From: Catajapyx aquilonaris
Lineage: Eukaryota
Length of the DNA stretch: 64,000 nt
NCBI GenBank assembly: GCA_000934665.2
Contig: KZ538232.1
Coordinates: 1-64,000 of the forward strand
Direction: 5' to 3'
In this document: positions 51,601-62,561 of the stretch, in pieces
How the letters are laid out: every line of letters starts with the position of its first letter
Numbering within the stretch: the stretch's first letter is position 1
Made by a program: the position numbers and the translations under genes
The notes under the pieces: model-generated
Told to the model about the DNA's origin: nothing
The model's database searches: none
Seen by the model: the letters and a program-made list of their open reading frames with translations, nothing else

Positions 51601-53707
51601 GATCTCTGCTCACCAAGAGATCGTCTACAGCTGTATGCACCATAACCTGGCCAGCAACAAGTGTCACTTATTCCTTACAGCAGCAATTACCTCCCGGTCA
51701 CCTCCCTGCCTCTACACGCAGCAGTACCCCCAGCACCCTCGTAGTTCCACACAATCATATGACCTCACCATCCTTCTGCGTACTACTGTGTACGATCTAC
51801 GGGAACAGGCTGCACATCTTGCCCTATCCCAACACCCGAATCCCCTGCTTGGATGAGGCCATGCAGTTCCTGGGCTCCACTCAGTGTTCGGCAGTCTTGT
51901 GATGGGTGGCTCAGCAGTCAACACCCCCGCGGCCGGCCCGCACCCACCCGCCGATCAGCGTGCTTGTGTGAGCCACTTCAGAGTCCCATATTATCAACCA
52001 ACTGTCCAGCTCCTGTGCTTGAATGGGGAACTAGCCTTCATTTTGGAAACTACATAATAAATTCGCCCATATTTTCTAGATTTTTTTGGCGTATTCCGTT
52101 TTAAGAAATCAGTTTCAGTTCCGGAGATATTGGCGCTTTTTCGTAGGCAAATGGTGACGTCACTGTTTGCCTCGAAAATGTTGACGTCACGCGAAGTGAA
52201 ATGAACGCAAAAATGATGTTATAGATAGAACGCAGGGTCGTAAAATAATTCGTTGTACTGTGCTGGACACGGCTGGGCATTTTAGCACTCCAAGTGTTTA
52301 CTTAGTTGCCAGGTAACGGGCGAGTTTTTACTCTAAGCCGCTCAAACCGCTTTGTACGTGGCACTGATGCCACCAGCTCGGAAATATCTGTCTCCCGAAT
52401 TAGGCACATAAAGGCCCCCCCCCCCCTCCCCCCTTCTCCCCCTCGATGGCCTACAGCCGCCTTGCGAATGCTTTCCGTCGTGTCCGCGGTTAATTCAAAG
52501 TCAAATTCCTCATATCTCGCAATCAACCAGGCATTTCAGTGTACCCTTTCGATTGGCAGCACCCGGCTGCCCCGTTTTTCCCGCCAATTTTGAAGGCACT
52601 TTTAAATGTGCCGTAATTTATCCAGTAATGTCATTTTGATGCAACAGAGTGATGGAATGTATGTTTACAGGCATGGGCTAGCTAGTTATGAACAAAAATC
52701 CCAAATCCCAGACCAAGGCTAGTTCCCCCGTGAACTCATCACGAGGCATCTCGTGAATGTACGAGTATTTTAGATTATTCAAAAATATTTTGCACGGATA
52801 GATAGACCTATCCCTGAACTCTCGATTTCCCAAGAAGAGGTTTCGCTTCGCTGTCCTCAAGGTCACGAGTCCCGAGTTTTACCAACTTTGATTTAAGAAA
52901 GGATGCTTCAACTCATAAAAAAACCTTCTACTATGGTGCACCCGAGCCAAAATGTCCATAATATCCTTCCGTGTAAAATGTTTTTGTCTACTAATAAAAA
53001 CTATTTAGAAGATAACCTCAACGATCTGTTTGTCATGTAGCCTATGTGCACACAAGAATGGAACAAGATATACGACCTTGTGAAATGTTTGTAGGCAAAT
53101 CAAATAAACGAAACTAAATTTTTCTCCAGCACAACTGTAAGAAGCCTGCTCTGACATATACTGTAGTAGGCCTAAGTACTGTCGCCAAACCCATTGAAAA
53201 GCAATCGTTGTCGTTTGGAAATTGATGTTTGTGAGATTCCATCTCGATAGCCTGCTTATTGGCTGCTTCGTATTATCAAGAGAGCTTATTATACGTTGAA
53301 TGAGTGAGTCACTTGCACTTCCGGTAATTAACCGGTCCAGAGATACACTGTATATTCAAGAAGAAAAGCAAATGAAAAGTTTGGTACATTTCTTTAAAAA
53401 AGGAAGAAACAAAACAAAAAAGCAGAATGGTTGGAGGCGCCGGGTATCGATCCCGGTACCTCTCGCATGCTAAGCGAGCGCTCTACCATGTGAGCTACGC
53501 CCCCGGGGTTGGTATAAAGACGTGTCTCCTATTTGGCACTGGTGTCTCTGACTTGACGTCACAACTTTTAGTGCACTTTTTAGTACCTGGACAAAATAAT
53601 CAAATCCTACGATTTTATGTCATGGCACATATCATTAATCTCATTATCTAATCAGCAGTAATTTTTTGTCCCTTCATTACATCATGCCATTCCCTTGTGA
53701 AAGTCAT

Positions 53708-53765
<58 letters not shown>

Positions 53766-56492
53766 ATTATTATAAACCGCTGACCAAGCCTGTGACTCAT
53801 GTTAACTCACAAAATGTACACTATGCATACAAGAATGCACTAATTGTAGTGTGTGGAAAACAGTAACCGTACTGGTGTGTTGTTCTATTTCATAGATGGG
53901 CATAAAATGGGGTATTAGCTTACGGTCGCAGACGTCGGTAGCGTTGAGTTGCTTTCCGTAGGGCCTGTAGTACCCGGACCTGCATCGGTTGCAATTGATG
54001 CCTTCGGTGTTATGTCTGCAGTACCGGCAAACTCCTCCTCCATCGTACCGTCCGTGGATGTCCAGCGACTGATGCAGTCTGTCCACTTCTTCGTCGTACT
54101 CGCATTCGTTGCTGTGCCCGAAGCAGTTACATTCTGTGGTCGGTCAAGTACATAAATCGCGGATCACATGTTGAACTCAAAGACACGCAACTTACGTTCA
54201 CACTCGAAAGGTTCGTTGATTCGAGCTTGTCTCCATGCCTGCTGGAAGTACCCCGGGCAGCACTGTTCGCATTGGGCTCCGCAGGTGTTGTGTCTACAGC
54301 GACACAGCACCTTATACGGATCTTCCGGGTATGTCAGATCGCACAGTTCGGCGTGTCCGTTGCACACGCATCGTCCTCCAATGCTGATGTCCTTGATGGA
54401 GTAGAAGTATCGTCTGGTGACACTAGGGTCCTGCCTGGCAACGGACATCAGGTGACCCAGCAAGGTCTTGGTTCGCATCAGTCTCAGGCGGATATTGGTT
54501 GCCGTGGTCCACTCTTGCAGGATGGTGGAATTGAAGAAGTTGTTGGCCGACGGACGGTTGTTCAGCAGGGACACCACAATCTATACACCCGTTCATTTGA
54601 ATCGTTTGTAATAATTTAATATTCTGGAAAGTGTGCTGAAAGATCCTTCTACAAACCTCTCCGCCTTCCAGAGGCACAACTTTGGAGTACTGGGTGTCGC
54701 AGATCACGTCATCATCACTTGCGATCGGACGCAGGCTGTCCCTTCCGAAGAACAGCTCGCAGTCTCCGGGGCTGTCGGCAAAGTATTGCCATGGCTTGAA
54801 GGTCTTTCCGTAGTCAGTGGATCGCTCCATGACCCACACTCCAGGACGAGGAGAGTTAGCCATCGTGATGAACACATAAGCCACATGGAATTCCTGTACA
54901 CAATTATTGTCTTCGTCACTTTGGTGCATATTAAGAGTGATTTTTATTAAATTAAAATGGCATTTTGATAAGTTCAGAGTAGCCTACGGTTCGATACGGA
55001 ATATTCACACCAAAGTGGCCAGATAATTGGCAGTTAGAAATATATGCTACTTTTATGGTGCCTCCTCATTCCCCCNNCCCCCCACCAAGCCCGCATAAGT
55101 AGCGCATACATGCTCAGTATAGACTGCCAGATGAGGTCATCGCCATGTCAAGTGCTGTAATTGGAGATACTGCAGCACACTCTTGCTCCCATTTTGGCAC
55201 CGTGTGGTCTGTTTTCACGACGCGTGAAATTTTGCACATGCTTTCTCAATTGTAATGACCGAAGTCCGGCGACGGATTACTATCATAAAATGCTTGTAAA
55301 CAAATTACGACAAAAATCTCGGATGCTGGGAAAGAGTCTCTGTAAAGCTGCGTGGGTCATCTGCTGGAAAGTCCTTGATAAGATATGACAAGCCAAAGGA
55401 TAATGAGGGAAGTCGTTAGAGTCAGGAAGTCCTTTTCCTTCCTGGATAAGACTCGGATTACAGTAACGAGGGTAATAAAGTGTGTGCGGTAAGGGCGACT
55501 CACCTGGCCCAGGTCAATGGTGAGGTTGACCGCATTAAACTTCATCCCTCTGGAAAGTGGAGGACTCTGCCACCAGTTCTCGGTGCCGTCGATTGCATAT
55601 TCGGCAGGATGGGCCGAGTCGGCTCCGTATGGGTCGCAATAATCGCATACCTGCAATTATGTAGAGCAGTGGTTTTCAAACAGGGGTACGCGAACACAAT
55701 GTTACGGGTACGCGAAAGATATCGTGCAATGCCAGCAATGGCGTCCAGTCTCTACATTTGTGGAATATTCTGATTCAACCAGAAAGAACCAACTTCTGAG
55801 AAAAACACTAAAAATGGTCCTACATATTCCCATCTTTCTTTTGCTATTATTACAATTGAATCCGGATATAACAGACTTCAATGGACCGAGGAAAGCAGTA
55901 TGTTATAACCGAAAGTCAGTTACAGCCTCGGCTGTTATATCCGGATTATTACTGTGGGCTGCATACAATCCAAAGCTATTGAGATATTTTGTGCCTGATG
56001 GTTCATGGATGCTTCAGCAAGGTGTAGGTCCTTTTCATTAGTTATATTGCTAATTACATTTTAGCAATTTTGTTTGAATACTATAGGCACAATGTTTCGT
56101 CAAACCGCGAAGAGATTTTAAAAACATGTTAGTTACATAGGAGTATATCCAGTCTACCAACTTCTAAGCATATTCGTATGTTACAATGCACTGTTAGTTG
56201 CAATAAACTGCTATTATTAAGATCGCCATAATTAGCACCAAACAAACTGAATGCCAGAAAATCGTAAAAAACTGACCTGTCCTTGGATTAAGTTAATATT
56301 CAGTTCTCTGTCCGCATTGGCGCCGACCAATTTGCAGTAAAGCTCAGGTCCAGTCACATCTTGTCCGCAGGTAGCCGAGGCCGTAATCTGTCTTCCTTCG
56401 GCCAGGTTAAAGTAAGGCGGGGTCAGCACCTGTGCCCTGACCTGGGCAATCGCGCCCAAGAGCGCGACAGCCAGCAAAGGAGCAGCAGCCAT
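30683..56492 (-). CDS. LanA: Laminin subunit alpha (alpha-3/5 type), 33 coding exons, ~3679 aa
   Basis: Signal peptide [22 protein letters not shown] domain ([42 protein letters not shown]); LE repeats; L4/LF domains; coiled coil; five LG domains. Exons: 56492-56277, 55650-55504, 54893-54657, 54580-54196, 54133-53924, 50983-50711, 50400-50263, 49899-49644, 49420-49104, 48821-48346, 46220-45726, 45489-44859, 44699-44542, 44482-44332, 43903-43249, 43125-42798, 42730-42487, 41697-41489, 41428-41301, 41159-40861, 40522-40227, 39682-39470, 39388-39041, 38527-38113, 38035-37705, 37566-37185, 37001-36693, 36267-35974, 35850-34883, 34707-34244, 34115-33805, 31510-31249, 31176-30683. All GT-AG and phase-consistent (11040 nt). 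Confidence 0.96.
31731..33659. mobile_element. Foldback-type non-autonomous hAT-like (hATm-like) transposon with ~815-bp TIRs
   Basis: Arms 31731-32544 and 32840-33659 are near-identical reverse complements (the ORF track shows mirrored ORFs). Termini TAGGGCGG/CCACCCTA; perfect 8-bp TSD CTGTCCAG (31723-31730, 33660-33667); 295-bp spacer. Confidence 0.92.
41985..42209. mobile_element. Degenerate MITE
   Basis: GTACCACAGTGAGCAAAAAAATGGAGATGACT / AGTTATCTCCATCTTTTTGCTACTGATGGTAC. Confidence 0.5.
46310..46625 (-). mobile_element. tRNA-derived SINE (degenerate)
   Basis: Minus strand begins ..AGTGGCCAATAGGCCGGCTTGCTGAGAGAAAGGTCTCAGGTTCGATCCCCGCCTGGGG (Pol III B box GGTTCGATCC, no complete cloverleaf), followed by a ~250-bp GC-richer body ending in A-rich sequence. 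Boundaries approximate. Confidence 0.55.
46662..46948. mobile_element. hAT-like MITE related to 619-910
   Basis: CAGTGGTCCCCAACCTGTG / CACAGGTTGGGAACCACTG; GGGGTCGC-type subterminal motifs; TSD degenerate. Confidence 0.7.
47789..48242. mobile_element. TIR element with a nested hAT-like MITE (47910-48054)
   Basis: Outer perfect TIR TAGGCGTATTCGGCAATTCAG / CTGAATTGCCGAATACGCCTA. Inner CAGTG..GCCAATG / CATTGGCAACACTG with flanks CTGCATCC / CTGCATCA and GCGGGTAA repeats. Confidence 0.75.
49928..49955. repeat. (AAT)n microsatellite
   Basis: Direct trinucleotide run next to a laminin splice acceptor. Confidence 0.9.
52025..52728. mobile_element. ~700-bp TIR element in laminin intron 5
   Basis: GGGGAACTAGCCTT at 52025 and AAGGCTAGTTCCCC at ~52715; CpG-rich interior distinct from the flanks. 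Confidence 0.5.
53416..53421 (-). terminator. Pol III terminator (T6) of tRNA-Ala
   Basis: TTTTTT on the minus strand ~10 nt downstream of the tRNA 3' end. Confidence 0.8.
53432..53504 (-). tRNA. tRNA-Ala (anticodon AGC)
   Basis: GGGGGCGTAGCTCACATGGTAGAGCGCTCGCTTAGCATGCGAGAGGTACCGGGATCGATACCCGGCGCCTCCA: 7-bp acceptor stem with the G3:U70 Ala determinant, anticodon arm CTCGC-TTAGCAT-GCGAG, T-loop ATCG typical of eukaryotic tRNA-Ala(AGC). Confidence 0.96.
53712..53761. repeat. (GA)n microsatellite
   Basis: Direct dinucleotide run of ~50 bp. Confidence 0.95.
55851..55955. mobile_element. pogo/Tigger-like MITE (same family as 25667-25852)
   Basis: TACAATTGAATCCGGATATAACAG ... GCTGTTATATCCGGATTATTACTGT. 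Confidence 0.55.
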
Positions 56493-58171
56493 TGTCGCTG
56501 CTCCAGACTCTTCCCTTGCACTGTTCCTTCGTCTCAGCAATGCCACGCCTTGGAAGACGAGACAGGAAGGGGACCCACCAGCCGTGGGGGAGGAGGATCC
56601 GGAGGGGTCGAGCAGGGAACAGTCATGTTACAAGGGACATGTGTTGGCAGAGTGGGGGGTAGGCGAAGGTTCAGGGTCATATCATCCTTCTTTCCTGCCG
56701 ATACTCTGAAACAGGCAGGAAACACTGGGTGCTGAGGCGACACTATGTATTGTTGGTATCTATAGTCTACGGCGCCTTTTTTCCGCCATAGACTGCTTGG
56801 ACAGCAATCAAAGTAAAGGTGTTGCAGCAGCTCCCCCCACNNNNNNNNNNNNCCCCCCCAAGTATGTACAGATCATTAGAGATTGATCGTCTGTGATGAA
56901 ACATTGTTGTGACAAGTTGTGCAGCATCCATGTGGGCGACGAGCTAGTGAGTCATTGGCCCAGTTGTTGATGCGGGGAATTAAATGAGGGCGGCCACCGC
57001 CTGCATCAGAAGAGAAACACTTAAAAAAAGTTGGATGTCGGCCTTCCCATGTATATACGACTGACTGGTGAGTCCCATAAACGAGCCCTTATGGTCGGGT
57101 TCATCTTCATTCCTTTTTTTGCTGGCATTGGGTTTCAGGAAAAGGACTCAACTATGATGCCCTTCGGACCCAGCAGTCACAAGAGTTTCTTCTGATAAAA
57201 TGTCAACACGAAACAGTTAATCATAGTGTAACCTGATTACACTGTTTGATAAAATCAAAGCTCGTGGGCACTAAAACTCATGTTTATGGAGGGTTCCAGC
57301 CATATAATAAGGCACTGAAATCTTGTTTACCACGCAAAATATTGCAGGGCGGGTCGAAATAGACTATTCAAGTTAATCGTGCATACGCGCATAGTACTAG
57401 GTTTCCACTGCGGAGAGATGAGCCTTACATCCCACAAATATTGTAAATACGGATAAGATTTGGTTGTATTCAAGCAACCCAATATTAACAGTTACTTGTG
57501 AGTGCTAAAAACCACTAAAAGGGCCGTAACTATACCGTAACTATTTACAGGAATTCCAAAACATCACTATAACCACTATGGGCACGTCAACTGCAACATA
57601 TTGTACACTGTACAGGGAGGATATGCAGTAAGGAATGACGAGAGACAAAAGAACAGGTTTGGGTGCAAGAGCTATCTTGAGCCAGGCTTACAAAATCTGG
57701 TATCAAGGTCATAAAATGCCCCGAAAGATGAACAATATTGTTTGTAGCTTAAGATATACATGCTAAATTTAGACATCTAGGACAATATTACGTACACTTT
57801 ATTAAATTTCGATTATCTGGTATATTCGAGTCCGATATCTATGGCCAATTTTATCATGTTGTTATGTTATTATTTCGGAATACTGTAAACGAGTAAAACT
57901 GTCATAGCCAACTAATTCTTACTTTCTGGACGCGGTAATTCGAGTATTGTGTGATTATCTACAATTCTACATGTTTCCTTGCTCCTCCGACCACCTCCGA
58001 CTCAGAATCACAGTTACATCAACCGAACATGCCCCTAACTATCCACGCCACCCGTCTATCTCCTTTGCTCACCAGGAAGAGTACCTGGCAGGACAAACAA
58101 TAGCGAAAGTTCAAAAAAAAAAACTTATCAGTTGTATCTTATTAATTTTGAAAGAGCTTCCAGCATTACCT

Positions 58172-58220
58172 TTGTTGTTGTCGTTGCTGTCGTTGTTGTT
58201 GTCGTTGTTGTCGTCGTCGT
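58172..58220. repeat. (GTT/GTC)n imperfect microsatellite
   Basis: TTGTTGTTGTCGTTGCTGTCGTTGTTGTTGTCG... run. Confidence 0.85.
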
Positions 58221-60309
58221 CCCTTTGCAACATAATGTCATCATTAGATTGGACAAAATGTTAAATTCTGCCGGTAACAACAGCCTTCATGTCTTTGTTA
58301 CCTTCATTGTGCACATCAAGGTGCACATTGATGGTATCATGAAATGATGAATACCGTGTTCGGTACATCATGGAACCTTTGAAGTCCTATACCGGTATGT
58401 GCTGGCCTGATTATTGCAATAGACATCTATAATATACTGTACAGCCTACACGATTCCTTATAAAATCAACTCTAGAGAGAGCATCTTCTCGTTTAAGATA
58501 AGCAATATTGCCCCAAATACAGGCTTTGATTATGCGGCCGGCGAAATAATCAAAGGCTGCATATCTTGGAACACACAGACGCAGTGGTTACTCGTACGTG
58601 AACGTAAGGTGTCAATGTTCACTTGAATTTTTGATAAGGCTATTATTTTAACCAACAAGAGCCAGAGGCGCTCGAGATGTAATCGCGATCACCCGTGCCC
58701 TCGACATGGTGATAGTAGGAAGTGAGCCAGAGATCGTGACCTATGTACTGTACATATATTATACTGTATTTAGTTTAACTATACACCTAGCTGTAATATT
58801 ATCTCTACTTCCAATCCATGTGTTATAATACCTTGCTTCCTGATGGAAACAAAACATAAATATTTGATATACTGCTGGGAATATCCGTGAAAGAGCCAGG
58901 CATCGCGTTTTACTGCAATTACATTGATGAATTTATGATAACATCACGGCACGAGTACCTGTTGTTTGCACATGTATGTGGGAGTTGTGGGAGCTGGGAG
59001 GGCAGGGAAACTCCTCCTACTAATCACTAACGTCGTAAGTAGTGTAGTCTATAGTACACATTTCAAGGACAAACATAATTTTTGTATTTTGATATGTCTC
59101 ATATCCATCCAGCGAGTATATGACTTCTCCTCCTTATAGCCTTGGTGCAACCTTGTGAGCGGATTGTTCTCCATGCACAACAATCTCAATGAATATATCG
59201 CCAGTATCCCCTGGAGAAAATAATTTTTGGTCGACAAACCATGATAAAGATAGCACTTTATACGCGCATCCAGTGTCCTTAAGTGTTGAAGTATCCTCGC
59301 AATTATGCTGTCTGTCACAAGTCCACCAGAGAGTAGTGTTCCTCCAATAGCCGGCGAGTTGTGAGCGGATGGGAGGGTGTTACCATCGGACGAGCGGTGG
59401 GCTGCCTATGCGACAGGAAGAGCCGAAGATGGGGTCAGTTGCGTCACGTGCTGCCTCCCGAGTCTTCTTCAGATTGGTGGTGGTAGGAGGAACCAGCGGT
59501 TGTTGACGCCACTAAGCACAGGCCCACAGAACAAGCGGTGTTGTGGCCAGCCCTGCTTCCAACATTGCATTTTTTTTCTATGCCTGCATTTTTCTACCCC
59601 CCTTACCTGATACGGAGGAGAGACGTCGACTGATCTCAGATTCGGGTCATGCTCAGACATCGAAGGTGAGTGCAATTCGCTCCTCCGACTGACCACACAA
59701 TCCATAGTGCTAGTGCATGATAGATAGCAAGTAGTGATGCTGATCGCACCTGTTCCTCATCCTAACGGGTTGAGGTCAATGCACGCCTAGGCATCTGTGA
59801 CATTCCAGTAGGTTGGAAGCAGCATGCCCCAAGGACACGTCTCATTCACACGTTGCCCACACTTTTTCCACAAAAATATTTTTTTCCCTTTCACACGCTT
59901 ATTGTTTTCTATGAGCGGTTTTAGACATGCCGCACGGATGTAGCAGTTAGCAAGTTACGCAGATTGAGGTTTTCAGGACGACATTGACCTGGAACTTCAA
60001 ACTATGTCACCTTCAAGAGCTGTCTTGTTCATTGCTCATACGCGCCCTTATTCACACTGCAATATGCCAAGCAGTCGGTATAATGTTTATCTCTATGTAG
60101 TGACATACTTTTAGGCGGGTCACCAGCTGACCTCCCGCCCAACGCCGGAGGCTAATGTCCACCGTGTACAGGAGCTAACTCATGTACAGTAAGATGTGCT
60201 GCAATAGCTGACGTGCACTTTCGTGGATCCCACCCCTCGAGCAATCCTCATTCTGTCATCCGGCTACTTTCCGCACATAGGGTTGATGTAGGATCCGTCT
60301 TTTTGCAGG

Positions 60310-62561
60310 ATGGAAGGGGAGAAGACAGAAGATGAGGACAGGACGTGTCACCAGCCGTCGGTGTCTCAGTTCTTCAAGGGACGGTGCGTGTTGGTCACTG
60401 GAGCCACAGGATTCTTGGGAAAGGTCAGCTCAATATTTTGGTTATTTGGACTGTTGTTGGTTACGAATGACCTTACTGGCAATGCTTTTTCAGGTGTTGC
60501 TGGGTCGCCTCCTGACGGAATGTCCGGATGTGGGCAACATCCTGGTGATGCTTCGACGCCTCGGGGGGCAGTCGGCCCAGAGCCGACTGGAAGGGTTGCT
60601 GAACGGGCCTGCCCTCGGGCCACTCGGGCCCGAGCAGAAATCACGGCTCAAAGCAGTCCAGGGTGACCTTTCCCTGGAGGACCTGGGCATAGACCCAGAG
60701 GAGCAGAAGCGAATATGCGAACAAGTAGAAGTAGTGTTGCACTTGGGTGCTTCCTACGAGCCTAACCTGAACGCGACGCTCAAACAGGCGCTGCTACCAA
60801 ACCTTAGGGGTACCATAATTTTGCTCAATCTTGCCAAGAAGATGCCCAATATTAAGGTACGGCCTGATCGCATGTAGCATATCGCATTTTCTGAACTTTT
60901 ATTTCCACAGGCTTTTGTGTATGTATCAACTATTTCGGCGCATTGTGACAAAGAGGAAGTTATGGAAGAGATGTACCCACCGCCACATGACCCCAAACGC
61001 GTGTTGTCTTCGGCCGAATTCATGGAAGAAGAAGCGCTCTCTCCCCTCACCAACCTGTAAGAAACTGAAACTTGAAAATGGTGGTAAAGAATTACTGATG
61101 TTGTTGGTTTATTGCAGGTTGCTGGCTGGGAAACCAAATACTTACGCACTGAGTAAAGCCTTGTCCGAGAATGAAGTGGCGGACTACGCTCAATTCTTTC
61201 CAGTGGCCATTGTACGTCCATTTATAGGTAAGATTTAAGTGGCTCTGTTAATGACATAATTCACCATTAGAGGCGTTGAGTGAATTATTCGAGGGTTATT
61301 TATGCACCTGATTGCTTCTTTCTGGAATAGTTGGAAGCGCTTGGCAGTGGCCTGTGCCAGGTTGGGTTGACAGCGAATTCGGCCCTGCAAGTTTGGTGGC
61401 AGCCTATGGTCAAGGCCTCCTGGGCGTAGCACGAGTTCAGCCTTCAGCACATGCAGACTTCATCCCGGTTGACTTCTGCGCTCACTTGGTGCTGGTGGCA
61501 GCATGGCGGCTGTGGTCCATGGGCACGGAGGCCTCCGGTAACAAGGTGTTGCTGCTTCACTCATCGTCGCAGCACTCAAACCCTATGCCCTGGGGAATGT
61601 TCAGGAGCAGACTTCATCGAAGACTGACCTCTGAAGATCCCTTTCCTTGGGCCATGCGGTATCCAGGAGGCATCTTTCTTGATAGCCTCCGACTGCACAG
61701 GATCCTGGATCTTTTCTTGCACTATATTCCTGCTCTCGTCATTGACACTGCAGCAAAGGCAGTTCGTCGAAAGCCCACGTAAGTTGTCGTAGCCTTTTGG
61801 GGTGTGTATTTCCCATTGTTTTAATTAACTCACTTGATTATTGTAGGATGGTACAGGATTACCACAAGCTGTCGAGTGCAGGAAGGAGCATGGAATATGT
61901 GACCATTCGAACCAGGAAGGTTGGCGACCATCAGACGAGAGCTCTGTGGAAGCTTCTATCTCCAGAGGACCAAAAGAAGTTCCCCTTCGATGTGTGCCAG
62001 GTAGATTGGTCAGAATGGGTGGCCAACTATGGTTCCGGAGTCAGAGCTTTCCTCTATCCAAATTCATCTTCTCAAGAGTCGAAGGAGGCCAGTCGAGTTC
62101 GCATGCGAAGGTAAGTCCCGTTGTCCATAATGCTTCCGAAGCTATTGTCAGAAGACAGATCAGGGCTCCCTCTCATTGATAAACATCAGTCTGCCTGGAA
62201 CTGTCGCAGCTCAGCAGGTTTGGGAAAGCATTTCCGTTGCCATGTCTAGTCGCCAGGAGATAATTTAGAAACGCATCTGATGACTGCTGAGAAACAGGAA
62301 GGTAATTGTTGCTTCAGTCCTTCCTCGGGGGCCAATTTCCACAGAGATGATGAGAGAGATGGAGTAACACATTATGACCCAATACCTCCGCTCTCGGAAT
62401 CTGAAATTTATTGTTACAGGATGAAGGTTAACACGTGCTCGAGCCTCACATTTCCGTGTTCTCGTTACAGACTCCTCTGGTGCAACTGCGGGGGATTTCT
62501 GGCCGTGGTATTGCTCTTGGCTGTGGGCCTTTTCCTTCTGATCGCCTATCTCTACGCATGA
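60310..62561 (+). CDS. FAR: Fatty acyl-CoA reductase (NAD_binding_4 + Sterile domain), 7 coding exons, ~511 aa
   Basis: Exons 60310-60423, 60494-60856, 60911-61056, 61118-61227, 61331-61778, 61847-62110, 62471-62561 (1536 nt, phase-consistent). Rossmann motif VLVTGATGFLGK, AFVYVST, catalytic PNTYALSK, IVRP..PVPGWVD, DFIPVD, LSPEDQKKFPFD..DW, C-terminal transmembrane segment. Confidence 0.93.

Noticed and set aside
56834..56859. N runs inside C/G homopolymers (also at 523 and 55076-55077)
   Set aside because: Sequencing or assembly uncertainty, not biology.
62277..62300. CTGATGA..GAAAC minimal hammerhead candidate in a FAR intron
   Set aside because: No pairing for stem II; likely chance.
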